DNA from: Nanobdellati archaeon
Lineage (GTDB): Archaea > Nanobdellota > Nanobdellia > Woesearchaeales > GCA-2686295
Length of the DNA stretch: 64,000 bases
Assembly: GCA_014384375.1 (NCBI GenBank)
Contig: JACNFY010000019.1
Location: 36,262-100,261 of the forward strand
Direction: 5' to 3'
Shown: piece by piece, positions 36,840 to 46,163 of the stretch
Layout of the letters: every line of letters starts with the position of its first letter
How positions within the stretch are numbered: the first letter of the stretch is position 1
Notes under the pieces: generated by a model
Seen by the model: only the letters and a program-made list of their open reading frames with translations
What the model was told of the DNA's origin: nothing
Database searches by the model: none
Made by a program: the position numbers and the translations under genes

Positions 36840-37844
36840 TTATATATAAACTTTTCTTATAGTGGTCTTTTTTATAACTCTTCTATCTTTCTTAAGTCTC
36901 TTAATCATCTCTCTTTTTGATAATAATATGTTCTTTGCACCGTAGTTCTGAATGATTGACTCGGCGTTTATAGCTGCCATTCTCAAGCATTCTTCTATTT
37001 TTTTGTTCATTATCATCCCTGCAACGAGTGTTGATGCAAATGCATCACCTGCACCTGTGGTTTCTTTTATTTTTAGTTTTTTTGCAGGTTTAACATGGTA
37101 AAATGTTTTGCCGTTATAGCAATGTGCTCCTTTAGCGCCGTTTGTCACAACGACTGCTTCCATATTAGGAAGCTTTAATCTCTTTACCAAGTCAGCAATG
37201 TCTCCTTTTCCTACAATTAATTCGGCTTCTTTCTTGTTCAACACCAAGACAGTTGTGTTGTTGAGGATTCTTTTAAGATATGAAAATCCTTTCTCAGCAA
37301 GGTATGATGATGGGTTGAAAGCAAGCTTTATATTTTTCTTTGCAGCATATTCTGCTAGTCTCTTCATTGTTTCGAAGCTCTTTCCCATCATGCTGGCAAA
37401 ATAGAACCACTTTGTCTTCAGTTTTCCGAGATGTATCTCTTTGAATCTGAGGTTGTTGTTACACCCTTTGTAGGTTAAGATTGTCCTATCTTCCTCGATG
37501 GAGTCTAATATTATTGAGTAGCCTGATATATCTCCTAGAGTGCCTAGAAAGTCAACTTTTTCCTTTTTTAAGAGTTTGAAGATTTTCAATCCGTTCTCAT
37601 CTCTGCCAATCTTTCCCATGTAACCTGTTTCCAAGCTAAGCCTTGAGAAAGCAACAGCGGTGTTTGTTCCTCCACCGCCAATCATGAAGTCTAATTTTGT
37701 TATAAGAATCTTAGTGCCGAGTGGATAAGCCAATAGTTCTTCAACTTCTTTCTTGCTCTTAATCTCAATAAGCTCGGAATCTGTCTTTGCAAACACATCT
37801 AGAGTGTTAGAACCAACAGTTATTACGTCGTACAAATCTAGCAC
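36840..37844 (-). CDS. PfkB/ribokinase-family sugar or nucleoside kinase
   Basis: The N-terminus is VITVGSNTLDVF, and GGGGTN is present. The C-terminal signature is TTGAGDAFASTLVAG. Its position next to fba suggests, but does not prove, a PfkB-type phosphofructokinase. Confidence 0.75.
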   Translation of the reverse strand: MLDLYDVITVGSNTLDVFAKTDSELIEIKSKKEVEELLAYPLGTKILITKLDFMIGGGGTNTAVAFSRLSLETGYMGKIGRDENGLKIFKLLKKEKVDFLGTLGDISGYSIILDSIEEDRTILTYKGCNNNLRFKEIHLGKLKTKWFYFASMMGKSFETMKRLAEYAAKKNIKLAFNPSSYLAEKGFSYLKRILNNTTVLVLNKKEAELIVGKGDIADLVKRLKLPNMEAVVVTNGAKGAHCYNGKTFYHVKPAKKLKIKETTGAGDAFASTLVAGMIMNKKIEECLRMAAINAESIIQNYGAKNILLSKREMIKRLKKDRRVIKKTTIRKVYI

Positions 37845-37905
37845 CTCTTTCTGATATTGTTATTTTTTTATTTAGTATAAATAATTAACGGAGAATTAAA
37901 AAGTA

Positions 37906-38517
37906 TTATAGTGCCTCTTCTGGTGGAGGGATTCCTGTTACGTGTCTGAAGGGTCTTGGTTCTTTAACAGGCGTTTTTAGTCTCAAGAATCTTTTCATCT
38001 CTTTATTAAAATCGTAACATTTTTTGTATAACTCTAACTTGTGAGCTTCCCAGTAAGGTTTGTAGATTCTTTTTCTGAAAAATTTATCAAAGTGCCTCAT
38101 AAGCCAGTGATTACTCCACCTGTTTTGGTAATCTAGTTGTAGCCATGCATCACAATACATAACAACAGAACCTCTCCAAGTTTTGTATTTTTTTCCATTA
38201 ACTATCACTTCAGCAGGTGTCATGTGAAGGGTTCTATAATCAAGCTTTATGAAATACCTAACGTACTTGCTGTTGTTAGGTAATAGTTGGACACGCCACC
38301 ATGCTCTATGCTCTTTCTCACCTTTTGGATATATGATTCTTTCATAATAGAAGTACTCCCAAGTCTCACCACCTTCAGGATCAGACCATCCGTTCTCTGA
38401 CAAGAAGTCATGAGCTGTTCTGTATAACTCTTTCATATGGAATGTGTCTATGAATTCAAGTTCCCACTTAGCAACGAAAATATCTCTCTCGTCTCCGGGT
38501 CTTAAAAATTTTGCCAT
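37906..38517 (-). CDS. Hypothetical protein, Trp/Tyr-rich (203 aa)
   Basis: A clean ORF with a codon pattern like its neighbours and 10 Trp residues. I recognise no motif. Confidence 0.5.
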   Translation of the reverse strand: MAKFLRPGDERDIFVAKWELEFIDTFHMKELYRTAHDFLSENGWSDPEGGETWEYFYYERIIYPKGEKEHRAWWRVQLLPNNSKYVRYFIKLDYRTLHMTPAEVIVNGKKYKTWRGSVVMYCDAWLQLDYQNRWSNHWLMRHFDKFFRKRIYKPYWEAHKLELYKKCYDFNKEMKRFLRLKTPVKEPRPFRHVTGIPPPEEAL

Positions 38518-38552
38518 AGAATAAATTCCGTTTTATTAATATATAAATATTA

Positions 38553-39215
38553 CTATTCTAGGTCAAGAGCCATTACTATTGTTCGCCAGATAAAATATCC
38601 TAATGGAGCAGGTTTTGTTTTCAAAGAAATCTTTCCTTTTTTGATAGCTTCAAATACAGAGTTCAAGTCTTTTTTTGAGTCGATAAGAGAGCAGGTCATA
38701 CCCAGCTGTACAAGGTGATGGGTATCTGAGTTTCCAATCATTGGCAGTGAATGTTTTCTAGCAATATTTACAGCTTTCTTATTCAGATTGAGGAATGGAA
38801 GGTAGAAATGAGAATATTCGATAGCGTCGAATAAGTCGATGTTCTCAACCAGTTTTTTTCCAAGGCAACTAGGTCTTTTGAAGAAGGGGTGGGGAGCGAT
38901 TATTAAGACATTATTCTTTTTCCTAAACTCTCTTAAATCTTCAAATGTGTTGAGTTTCTCTGCCTGTTCCTGTATAACGTTGTAAATCAAAACCTCTTTT
39001 CCTTCAATGTATCTTTCAACTCCAGGTATTAATAAGATACCTTTCTTCTTTGCATAATCAGCTATTTCTTTGTTATAGAAAACGTCTTTGTGGAGGGTAA
39101 AAGCTAAAACTTCAAAACCAAGTTTTGCAGCGTGATCAATCAGTTCTTTAGAAGAATACTTTAATTTATGGGTTTTATCTTCTCCAGCGTGTAAGTGTAG
39201 GTCTGCTTTGAGCAT
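38553..39215 (-). CDS. PHP-domain metal-dependent phosphoesterase
   Basis: The N-terminal DLHLHAGED and the later GNSDTHH are PHP His/Asp motifs. Confidence 0.65.
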   Translation of the reverse strand: MLKADLHLHAGEDKTHKLKYSSKELIDHAAKLGFEVLAFTLHKDVFYNKEIADYAKKKGILLIPGVERYIEGKEVLIYNVIQEQAEKLNTFEDLREFRKKNNVLIIAPHPFFKRPSCLGKKLVENIDLFDAIEYSHFYLPFLNLNKKAVNIARKHSLPMIGNSDTHHLVQLGMTCSLIDSKKDLNSVFEAIKKGKISLKTKPAPLGYFIWRTIVMALDLE

Positions 39216-39267
39216 ATCTGTAGGTTTTTGGTCAAGGTTTAAATAAGTTTCTCGATTTCCAGGAATT

Positions 39268-39798
39268 ATGAGTTTTAAATTAACTATTCATGATGACAAA
39301 GGACGAGTTAGTATATCTCAAAATATTAGGGGAAGTCTTGGTATTGGAAAAGGATATGTTATACAGTTAGAGTATTTGATTGATAAGGCTTTGATTGTCT
39401 CTGATTATGACGTTCTTGATTATCAATATAGGTTTCAAACAACACTAGCTGCTAGAAAATATTTTGGGTTAACATACAAAGACACTTTTGAAGCAAATAT
39501 TTTTCTACTAAATGAATCTCCGATAATATCTTTGGATTATGTACTATTTAAACCGGGTAATGATGGAAGATTCTATATACCTCTAAAGACTAGACGTCTT
39601 TTAAGCCTTGACAGGCATTCTTCTATAAGTTTAGACTCTGTAATGACAGAAGACCCTAATATAAATAAGGAATTACTGAATAGTTGTCCAGTAGTTTTAG
39701 ACCATCAGAATAGAGTAAAATTTTGCGATGAGTATGGTAAAATTTTAAGAAGATTAGATTGGTTTACTGCAACTGTAATGAAAGGTGGTATAATCTAA
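39268..39798 (+). CDS. Hypothetical protein with repeated AbrB/MraZ-like (swapped-hairpin) motifs
   Basis: Three spaced D-x-x-G/N-R-(hydrophobic) motifs occur: DDKGRVSIS, GNDGRFYIPLKTRRLL and DHQNRVKF. They resemble the DxxGRxxIP motif of MraZ/SpoVT-AbrB domains. Pattern-level evidence only. Confidence 0.35.
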   Translation: MSFKLTIHDDKGRVSISQNIRGSLGIGKGYVIQLEYLIDKALIVSDYDVLDYQYRFQTTLAARKYFGLTYKDTFEANIFLLNESPIISLDYVLFKPGNDGRFYIPLKTRRLLSLDRHSSISLDSVMTEDPNINKELLNSCPVVLDHQNRVKFCDEYGKILRRLDWFTATVMKGGII

Positions 39799-40877
39799 TC
39801 AAGCCATGTCTCCTGATTCTTGAGCTTCTCTGGCAGATAGTTTGATATGACAAAGTTTAATCCGTGCTTTGCAAGTGCTTGTTGCTCTGCTCTCACGCGC
39901 ATTTGCATTAACTGTTTTAGAGCGCGTTCCCACTTCTTATGATGTTGTACAAAAGGGTCATTTTTGATACCATCCTTTATCCTCTTTACATCCACGTCTT
40001 TTAGAGGGTGAGTTGGTAGCTTGTAGTCGATTATGTCCTGAGGGGTTATGCCTATGAACTTTGCCTGTGGGACGCAGAAATATCTGTTTATGTGCGCTGC
40101 ATTCCCACTACCAACCTTTAATGTTCTGTAGATGTTTAAGAATCCGTAAGGGTCACCATCTGTGAATACAAGTACTGGTAATTTTAATTTGTCACTCAGT
40201 CTTCTTATAAATCGTCTGCATGCTCTTGTTGGCACTCCTCCCATGCTTATCAAAATGCAGTTGGCTTTTTTCCAGTAATTATGCTTTACAAGCCTCTGAA
40301 ACATACCTGCTGTTTCTATCGCTAATATGAATTTCGCGTTTGTCTCAAACTTTAACTCTTCAACATTTGATGGTATAGAGTATGCTCCGCTTCCGAACTT
40401 TGTGCAGTCAATCCTTATCTCCTTGCCAGTGTCTAGGTTTTTGTCTATCACAATGAGTTTTCCTGCAATCTCTCCTCCTTTCTCCTCTGGTATAAAGCCA
40501 AGTTGCTCCCTGTTAACTTCGAACATCGCCTCCACATCATCCATTACTGTGTCTGACTCTGTCTGTTCTTTGAATCGAGCGTCTCCCCAGTTCTTGCTCA
40601 CATAGTAAGCCTCTCTTTTTGTGGCTATATCATCAGTTTCAATCAGGTCTTTGGAAAAAGACATCATCTTAAGTGTTTGTGCGAATGTCTTAACTGTTGA
40701 AGCTGTCAAGGTTCTTGATTTCATGCTTCCGTTTAACTCAAAGAAGCCATCTCCAGAGTCATATCTTACATTGCTTAGAGCTCTGATTGGTGATTTCAGG
40801 ACTGGCTTGTTCTTGCGTTTTATGTTTCCATATATGTCCTTTGCTTTTTCAGTTATTTTCTTCTGGACTTCGCTCAT
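39795..40877 (-). CDS. top6A: DNA topoisomerase VI subunit A (Spo11-like)
   Basis: The catalytic Tyr region is KREAYYVSKNWG and the Toprim motif is VFTDGDPYG. Confidence 0.9.
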   Translation of the reverse strand: MSEVQKKITEKAKDIYGNIKRKNKPVLKSPIRALSNVRYDSGDGFFELNGSMKSRTLTASTVKTFAQTLKMMSFSKDLIETDDIATKREAYYVSKNWGDARFKEQTESDTVMDDVEAMFEVNREQLGFIPEEKGGEIAGKLIVIDKNLDTGKEIRIDCTKFGSGAYSIPSNVEELKFETNAKFILAIETAGMFQRLVKHNYWKKANCILISMGGVPTRACRRFIRRLSDKLKLPVLVFTDGDPYGFLNIYRTLKVGSGNAAHINRYFCVPQAKFIGITPQDIIDYKLPTHPLKDVDVKRIKDGIKNDPFVQHHKKWERALKQLMQMRVRAEQQALAKHGLNFVISNYLPEKLKNQETWLD

Positions 40878-42594
40878 CTTTCTCCTCTTCTTTTTCTTCC
40901 TTTCCTATATTTGCGAATTCTTCATCATACTCAACATTCTTTGTTTCATCAAACTTAACATCTTCCACGTGTCCGCGGTGTTTCTCTAGCAGTTCTTCAA
41001 GTAATTCGACAATATTCTTTTCTTCTACATCTGAGTATTGCAGGATCTCTTTCAAAGCTTCAGCAACCGATGGGATATACTTCTCGATGTAGCTTCTCTT
41101 TTTCAACTCGTCATGGACTTTTCTTTTTTTTGACACATATCTGTAAAGATTCCTGCCTAGCTCCTGTAATGCTAGTTTGATTTCCTTTATTATCTCAGGA
41201 TAGTGTGCTATTGCTTCCTTTGCCTCGCTTGTGAATGGCACCCATACAGAAGCTATGTGAACAAGGATAACACACGGTCCTTGTGGCATATTGTTCCCTG
41301 ACTGGTGTAAGCCATAGCTTCTCCAAGATGTCTTGGATATAGAGTCTGTTATTGCACATGCTCCTTGCTGGTAAAGTAATGGAACCTTGTTTGCAAACCT
41401 CAATAGTTGTATAGAGCCATCTGTTTGTAGTGTTCCTCCGTAGGCTAATGCTGTTTCTATGACAAAAGGATTTCCCCTATATACAGATGGAGGTCTTGTC
41501 ACGCTTGTGTAGAACTCTGCATTGACTTCTTTTTTTAAGCCTTTCTCCAGGAGCTCTGCTCCTATGGGGCTTATACAGTTTGTTGGAGGCATCATTATCT
41601 TTGTGTTTCTTATAGCTTCTATCAGTTTCTCGGCTGCCTCCATTGATATTCTTGATGGTTTGGCTTTTGGAATAACAAACGCTTTTTCCAGTATATTATT
41701 TGCACTCTTGCTACCTACTCTTGAGAATTCTCTTTGAAGGAACAGCTTAATCGTTTTTTCCTTCGTCCATTTAAGCATCTTTAGAAGTATCCCTAACTCT
41801 ACACCATAAGGGTGTGGTTTTATCTCTGCTGGTTGGAACGGTAACTGCTCGCTGGCTCTTGGGAATATTATCTGTTCACCTTTTGGATTAACATATATTA
41901 TCATTGCGTGAGGATTTATTATCGCTGTCTGCTTTAGATATTCATCAACAGATTGACCGCCTTTCAGATAACTCCCTTCAAGATCAATCTCTATCTTTGT
42001 TCCGTGGTCTTTGCTCCATTCCAGTACTTCATCCTTTGCAATTGCTGGTTTGTTCTTCTGAGTGTCTATCTTCAATTCATAGTAATGAGCTGGGTGTGTT
42101 TCACCTATCTTGCTTTTTATCTTGGCTGCTCTTCCAGTTGTTAATTGTCCATACATAACACTGGCTGATATGCCTATTCCTTGCTGGCCGCGATTCTGTT
42201 TCAAGCTGTGAAACTTTGAGCCATAGAGTAGTTTTGCGAATATCTTTGGAATCTGACTCTTTACAATACCTGGTCCGTTATCTTCGATTGAGATTCTAAA
42301 GCGGTCATTTCCCATATCAGTTACTACTATTTCCAGTTCAGGTAGTATTCCTGCTTCATCACAGGCGTCGAGAGCGTTATCAACTGCTTCTTTCACAGTT
42401 GTTAGTAATGCTTTTCTCTTATTATCAAATCCTAATAGGTGTCTGTTTTTTTCAAAGAACTCTGCTATGGATATCTCTCTCTGTTTCTTTGCTAGTTCAT
42501 GAGCTTTTGCAGCTTTTTTTTGTGGTTTAGAAGTCTTGTTATCTTCTTCTTTTGGTTCATTAAAAGCATCTAAGCCAATAGTTGTCTCTGTCAT
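40849..42594 (-). CDS. top6B: DNA topoisomerase VI subunit B (GHKL ATPase)
   Basis: The Bergerat fold N box is VKEAVDNALDA, the G1 box is EDNGPGI and the G2 box is GQQGIGIS. An acidic C-terminal tail is present. Confidence 0.9.
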   Translation of the reverse strand: MTETTIGLDAFNEPKEEDNKTSKPQKKAAKAHELAKKQREISIAEFFEKNRHLLGFDNKRKALLTTVKEAVDNALDACDEAGILPELEIVVTDMGNDRFRISIEDNGPGIVKSQIPKIFAKLLYGSKFHSLKQNRGQQGIGISASVMYGQLTTGRAAKIKSKIGETHPAHYYELKIDTQKNKPAIAKDEVLEWSKDHGTKIEIDLEGSYLKGGQSVDEYLKQTAIINPHAMIIYVNPKGEQIIFPRASEQLPFQPAEIKPHPYGVELGILLKMLKWTKEKTIKLFLQREFSRVGSKSANNILEKAFVIPKAKPSRISMEAAEKLIEAIRNTKIMMPPTNCISPIGAELLEKGLKKEVNAEFYTSVTRPPSVYRGNPFVIETALAYGGTLQTDGSIQLLRFANKVPLLYQQGACAITDSISKTSWRSYGLHQSGNNMPQGPCVILVHIASVWVPFTSEAKEAIAHYPEIIKEIKLALQELGRNLYRYVSKKRKVHDELKKRSYIEKYIPSVAEALKEILQYSDVEEKNIVELLEELLEKHRGHVEDVKFDETKNVEYDEEFANIGKEEKEEEKDERSPEENN

Positions 42595-42683
42595 ATTTTT
42601 GTGGTCTTTTGTTATCTTAATAAAACTTTCTACTCTTAATGAGTTAGAAATATTTAAATATTTTTTTAATTAAAAGTATTTGT

Positions 42684-43202
42684 ATGGCTTACTTAGAGTT
42701 GGTTTCTTTTATAAAGGAACAATTGCAGCAGGGAAAAGATGCTAGAACTATAAGGGATTACCTTATTAGAAGAAATGTTGATATAAGAGCTATTGACGCA
42801 GCATTTGATGAAGTTTTTGGTGCCAAACCAGTTCATGAAACTAATAAATCAATTGAGAAGTTTGTCATCGCAGGATTCATATTGTTAGTGTTGGTATTTA
42901 TAGGTGTTGGTGTTAATCTCTATTACAAACTCTCTTTCACTACAGATGCAGGGCCAATTATAGAACAACCATTTCCAGAGACAACACCTGAAACTGTTTT
43001 AACAGAAGAGGAATTCAAGGAAGAAACACAAGAACAAATCCAATATGAAATAAAGATATGTGATTTTCAAGAGCCTGAAGCAAAATATCAATGCTATCTC
43101 TCAAAGTTTGAGAAAGACGAGATTCAATGCCATGAGATTGAAGATGTTGACGAACAAGAATTCTGCTATATAGCTCAAGACTTGTATGTGTTAAACGCTT
43201 AA
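42684..43202 (+). CDS. Hypothetical single-pass membrane protein
   Basis: The 172-aa ORF has one TM helix (FVIAGFILLVLVFIGVGVNLYY) and an acidic Cys-containing ectodomain. Confidence 0.45.
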   Translation: MAYLELVSFIKEQLQQGKDARTIRDYLIRRNVDIRAIDAAFDEVFGAKPVHETNKSIEKFVIAGFILLVLVFIGVGVNLYYKLSFTTDAGPIIEQPFPETTPETVLTEEEFKEETQEQIQYEIKICDFQEPEAKYQCYLSKFEKDEIQCHEIEDVDEQEFCYIAQDLYVLNA

Positions 43203-43741
43203 AATTCAGTCATTCTCTGCTGTTTTAATTTTCTTCTATACTTTTCAAGCTTTCTATAAACACCAGAGTGGGTGGCTCCCTCTAGTAACATTTCAACAGC
43301 GTTTCTCGCCATAGTCACGTTTTCAGCCAAGCCTATTATCGAGACTGTTTTTCCATAAACAGAAATGTATGTCTCTGTAAGACTCTCCATTATCTCTCGG
43401 GATTTTCCTTTCTTTCCGATAACCCTTCCACGAACTCTTTCAAGCTGTTTTTTCTTATCAGAAAACTCATTAAGAGACAGGATATCCATTACATAGTCTT
43501 GTTTTAGAAGGAGCTTTGCTATATCAGGACTGAAGCCTCTTCCAATAGCAAGTACTAATTCTCTTATAAGATATAGCTTCACTGCGTCTTTTCCTGTAAG
43601 TGTAACTGTCCCTTCTTTCGAATCAACTTCGATCTTTGTTTTGGTATATTCTTCAAGCTCTTTCTTAGTTGTTCCATTTTTGCCTATGAGCACAGCTATT
43701 CTTGCCTTAGGAATCTTTAGCTCATGCATGTATTCGTTCAT
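43199..43741 (-). CDS. KH-domain RNA-binding protein (archaeal Dim2/Pno1-like)
   Basis: Two KH GxxG loops are present (IGKNGTTKK and IGKKGKSRE). The gene lies downstream of a RIO kinase, as in many archaea. Confidence 0.75.
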   Translation of the reverse strand: MNEYMHELKIPKARIAVLIGKNGTTKKELEEYTKTKIEVDSKEGTVTLTGKDAVKLYLIRELVLAIGRGFSPDIAKLLLKQDYVMDILSLNEFSDKKKQLERVRGRVIGKKGKSREIMESLTETYISVYGKTVSIIGLAENVTMARNAVEMLLEGATHSGVYRKLEKYRRKLKQQRMTEF

Positions 43742-43774
43742 GATACGCAGTGAAAGAAGAGGGTTATAAAAACT

Positions 43775-44464
43775 TTATTGAACACTTTTTAGCAGATTAT
43801 CAACTTTTTTCTCGCTTAAAAGCTTCTTGAAGAATCTCCTAATATTGTTTATATCCCTTTCATATAATTCTTTTGCATTAGGAGCTTTTGTAAGTGTGGC
43901 CTGTGAGAAGTCTATGAATATAGGTTTTTCATCATGGTTTAAGATGTTGAACTCTGACAGGTCTGCGTGAACTAATCCTTGTTCCCTTAGTTTTTTCACG
44001 TTTTGAACGATTTTTTTCATGAACAACTCCGGATTTTTTGGAATAGCATCTTTCAACATTGGTGCAGGTTCTCCAATCATCTCCATAAGGATTATGTTGT
44101 TCTTGAAAGCTATTGGTGTGGGAACCTTTATCGCTTCCTGTGCTATCATAAGGTTTTTGAATTCTCTCTGGGTCCATGAGAACACAGTTGCTCTTCGCTG
44201 TTTCTTGAGTTTTAAGTATCTTGGGTCAGCTGCTATATATTGGTACATTTTGTTAAAGTTGCAGTTCTCTAACCTGTATATCTTTACTATTATTATCCCA
44301 TCATCTTTTGTATTAGCCGAGAAAATATTGGCTTCCTTTCCAGTCAAGATAGGTTCAAGTAACTCTTCAAAATGACCTTTGCTGCTTAGCTTGAATAATG
44401 TTCTTAGAGAAAACTCTGAGAAGACATTCTTGTAGACCTTCCACTCTTCCTTGTATTTAGGCAT
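43775..44464 (-). CDS. rio1: RIO-type serine/threonine protein kinase (Rio1-like, no N-terminal wHTH)
   Basis: Contains TGKEANIF, the catalytic loop LVHADLSEFNIL and the metal-binding IDFSQA. Confidence 0.8.
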   Translation of the reverse strand: MPKYKEEWKVYKNVFSEFSLRTLFKLSSKGHFEELLEPILTGKEANIFSANTKDDGIIIVKIYRLENCNFNKMYQYIAADPRYLKLKKQRRATVFSWTQREFKNLMIAQEAIKVPTPIAFKNNIILMEMIGEPAPMLKDAIPKNPELFMKKIVQNVKKLREQGLVHADLSEFNILNHDEKPIFIDFSQATLTKAPNAKELYERDINNIRRFFKKLLSEKKVDNLLKSVQ

Positions 44465-44527
44465 TTAAAGAAAGAAAAAAGTTTGATATAAAAATGTTGT
44501 TAGAAAAAAGAAGTTAAAATAAAAAAA

Positions 44528-45739
44528 TTATAAGTCGTCGCCTGTCACTATTGTAAGTCTGTTTGACTTGGCTTTTGTTTCCATCGCTACTAGGAACTTG
44601 ATGTATGCTCTCTCTGCTGTACTCACTAATTCTTTGTCGATAACACCATCCAGTACAATTGCATATATTCCTGTTCTCAAACTCTTAATTGTACTCTGCA
44701 GTTCTGAAACTGGGACTTTTCCAAGTATGTTTAGGTCATCGTCAAGTACATATGCGCCTCTTGTTCCTATTAAGTCTTCAAGCATCTCACTGAAGTTTTG
44801 TTTCTCGTCCTCCTTCAATCTTTTCTTAGTATAAGTTTTTTCTTCTTTTTTAGGGGCTTCTTTTTCTTCTACTTTCTTCTCAGGAGTTTTTTCTTCTTTT
44901 TTAGGGGCTCTTGATTCCATCTTTGCTTGTTCTGATGCTATCTTTCCTCTCAAAGCTTTATGGATTTCTTTCTTAGTTAGCTCCTCAACTTCTTTCCCAT
45001 CAGGAGCTTTCGTCACAAAATCAATCTCTGCTACTGTTAGAAGTTCCTTGATGATGAGATCTCCTCCTCTGTCTCCGTCAACAAAGGCTGTGACTGTTTT
45101 CTTCTTGCTCAAATCAATAATCGTTTCAGGAACGCTTGTTCCATTCAAAGCGATAACATTTTTGAAACCATGCTTTAGCAAGTTCAGGACATCTGCTCTT
45201 CCCTCTACTGCTATTATGTCGTCGCTTTCATCAATTGCAGGTCCTGCTGGAAGTCTCTCCTTTCCGAACTCTTGAATCTCCATAACCCTTACAGAGTAAG
45301 CTACTTCATCAGCCAGTTCTTGGCTGTCAGGCAGCACTCCTTCCATCAGGTTCTTCAAGAGCTCTTTTGCCCTGTCAACCACTTGATGTCTCTTTGATAT
45401 TCTTATATCTTCAATCTTTTCTACTTTTGTCTTTGCATTGCAAGGACCTATTCTCTGGATTATCTCAAGAGAAGCTCCTACAATAGCTGTTTCTGCTTTA
45501 TCAAGAGAGGATGGTATTATTATTTCACCATTTGTTTTTCCTCCTTTTGTCTCTATATTCACTTCGATTCTTCCTATCCTTCCTGATCTCTGGAGCTCTC
45601 TAAGCTCCAAATCAGACCCTAATAGTCCTTCTGTTTGTCCAAATATTGCTCCTATAACATCAGGTTTATCTACAATACCCTCTATCTGTATTGTTGCGTG
45701 AATGATGTATTTTGCTGATACTTGTGCAATTTTTGCCAT
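44528..45739 (-). CDS. dnaG: Archaeal DnaG (Toprim-domain primase-like protein)
   Basis: The N-terminus is AKYIIHATIQIEGIVDKPDVIGAIFGQTEGLLG. The Toprim motifs are VEGRADVLNL and VDGDRGGDLI. A K/E-rich insert is present. Confidence 0.85.
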   Translation of the reverse strand: MAKIAQVSAKYIIHATIQIEGIVDKPDVIGAIFGQTEGLLGSDLELRELQRSGRIGRIEVNIETKGGKTNGEIIIPSSLDKAETAIVGASLEIIQRIGPCNAKTKVEKIEDIRISKRHQVVDRAKELLKNLMEGVLPDSQELADEVAYSVRVMEIQEFGKERLPAGPAIDESDDIIAVEGRADVLNLLKHGFKNVIALNGTSVPETIIDLSKKKTVTAFVDGDRGGDLIIKELLTVAEIDFVTKAPDGKEVEELTKKEIHKALRGKIASEQAKMESRAPKKEEKTPEKKVEEKEAPKKEEKTYTKKRLKEDEKQNFSEMLEDLIGTRGAYVLDDDLNILGKVPVSELQSTIKSLRTGIYAIVLDGVIDKELVSTAERAYIKFLVAMETKAKSNRLTIVTGDDL

Positions 45740-45974
45740 TTTTATTCCTCCAAAAGTTTGTCTTTTGGGGTTCCAAAAACATTTAGTTTTTGATAACCTC
45801 CTTTTGTCAGCAAATCACAATTATAGAAGTACTATTCCAATCTTTCTAAGGAACGTGATGATTTGTGATTAATACTTCTTCTAGAACAAGCATTTCTTAA
45901 ATGAATGATCATGATTGATAAATAATGAATGATGAGCTTGTTCTTGAGTGATTTGATGAACATTATTAATATTA

Positions 45975-46140
45975 TATGTGTTGCCCGATGCACTAACCCC
46001 CAGTTTCATAGCCTGACGATCGTCGTGCTCGAATGGGTACTCTCTGTGTCGGGCTGAATCGTGTGAGAGTGTCTCAATCTCATCGCTGAGCTTATGCTCT
46101 GCTCGAAAAGGGACTCATTCACACCCAAACTGGAAATTAT
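45975..46140. ncRNA. Candidate structured non-coding RNA of unknown class (GC-rich intergenic island)
   Basis: By hand count, 45981-46130 is about 52% G+C while the adjacent 45841-45960 is about 29%. No ORF of 60 aa or more is present. Several complementary segments and two similar units about 74 nt apart occur. Strand and class are undetermined. Confidence 0.35.
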
Positions 46141-46163
46141 AGGCGATTTATAAACGTATCGTT

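Noticed and set aside
45666-45782. A 38-codon upstream ORF overlapping the dnaG start out of frame, preceded by AAAGGAGGT.
   Set aside because: The SD-to-ATG spacing is about 13 nt, which is long, and the peptide is low-complexity (N/K/R/H-rich). dnaG has its own well-spaced GGAGGA. It is probably fortuitous.
45850-45960. Several UGAUGA/GUGAUGA words suggesting C/D box sRNAs.
   Set aside because: No CUGA D or D' boxes lie at the required spacing of about 12 nt, and no terminal stem is present. The words belong to a simple TGAT-rich repeat.
45975-46140. Attempts to read the GC-rich island as 5S rRNA, tRNA, SRP RNA or RNase P RNA.
   Set aside because: The reverse strand has a 5S-like CCCAUUCGAGC word, but the closing helix spans only about 71 nt and no three-way junction can be drawn. 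No T-loop or acceptor geometry exists for a tRNA. No GGAA/AGCA SRP helix-8 motif and no GGAAAGUCC or ACAGAA..GGCUUA RNase P motifs occur. I kept it only as an RNA candidate of unknown class.
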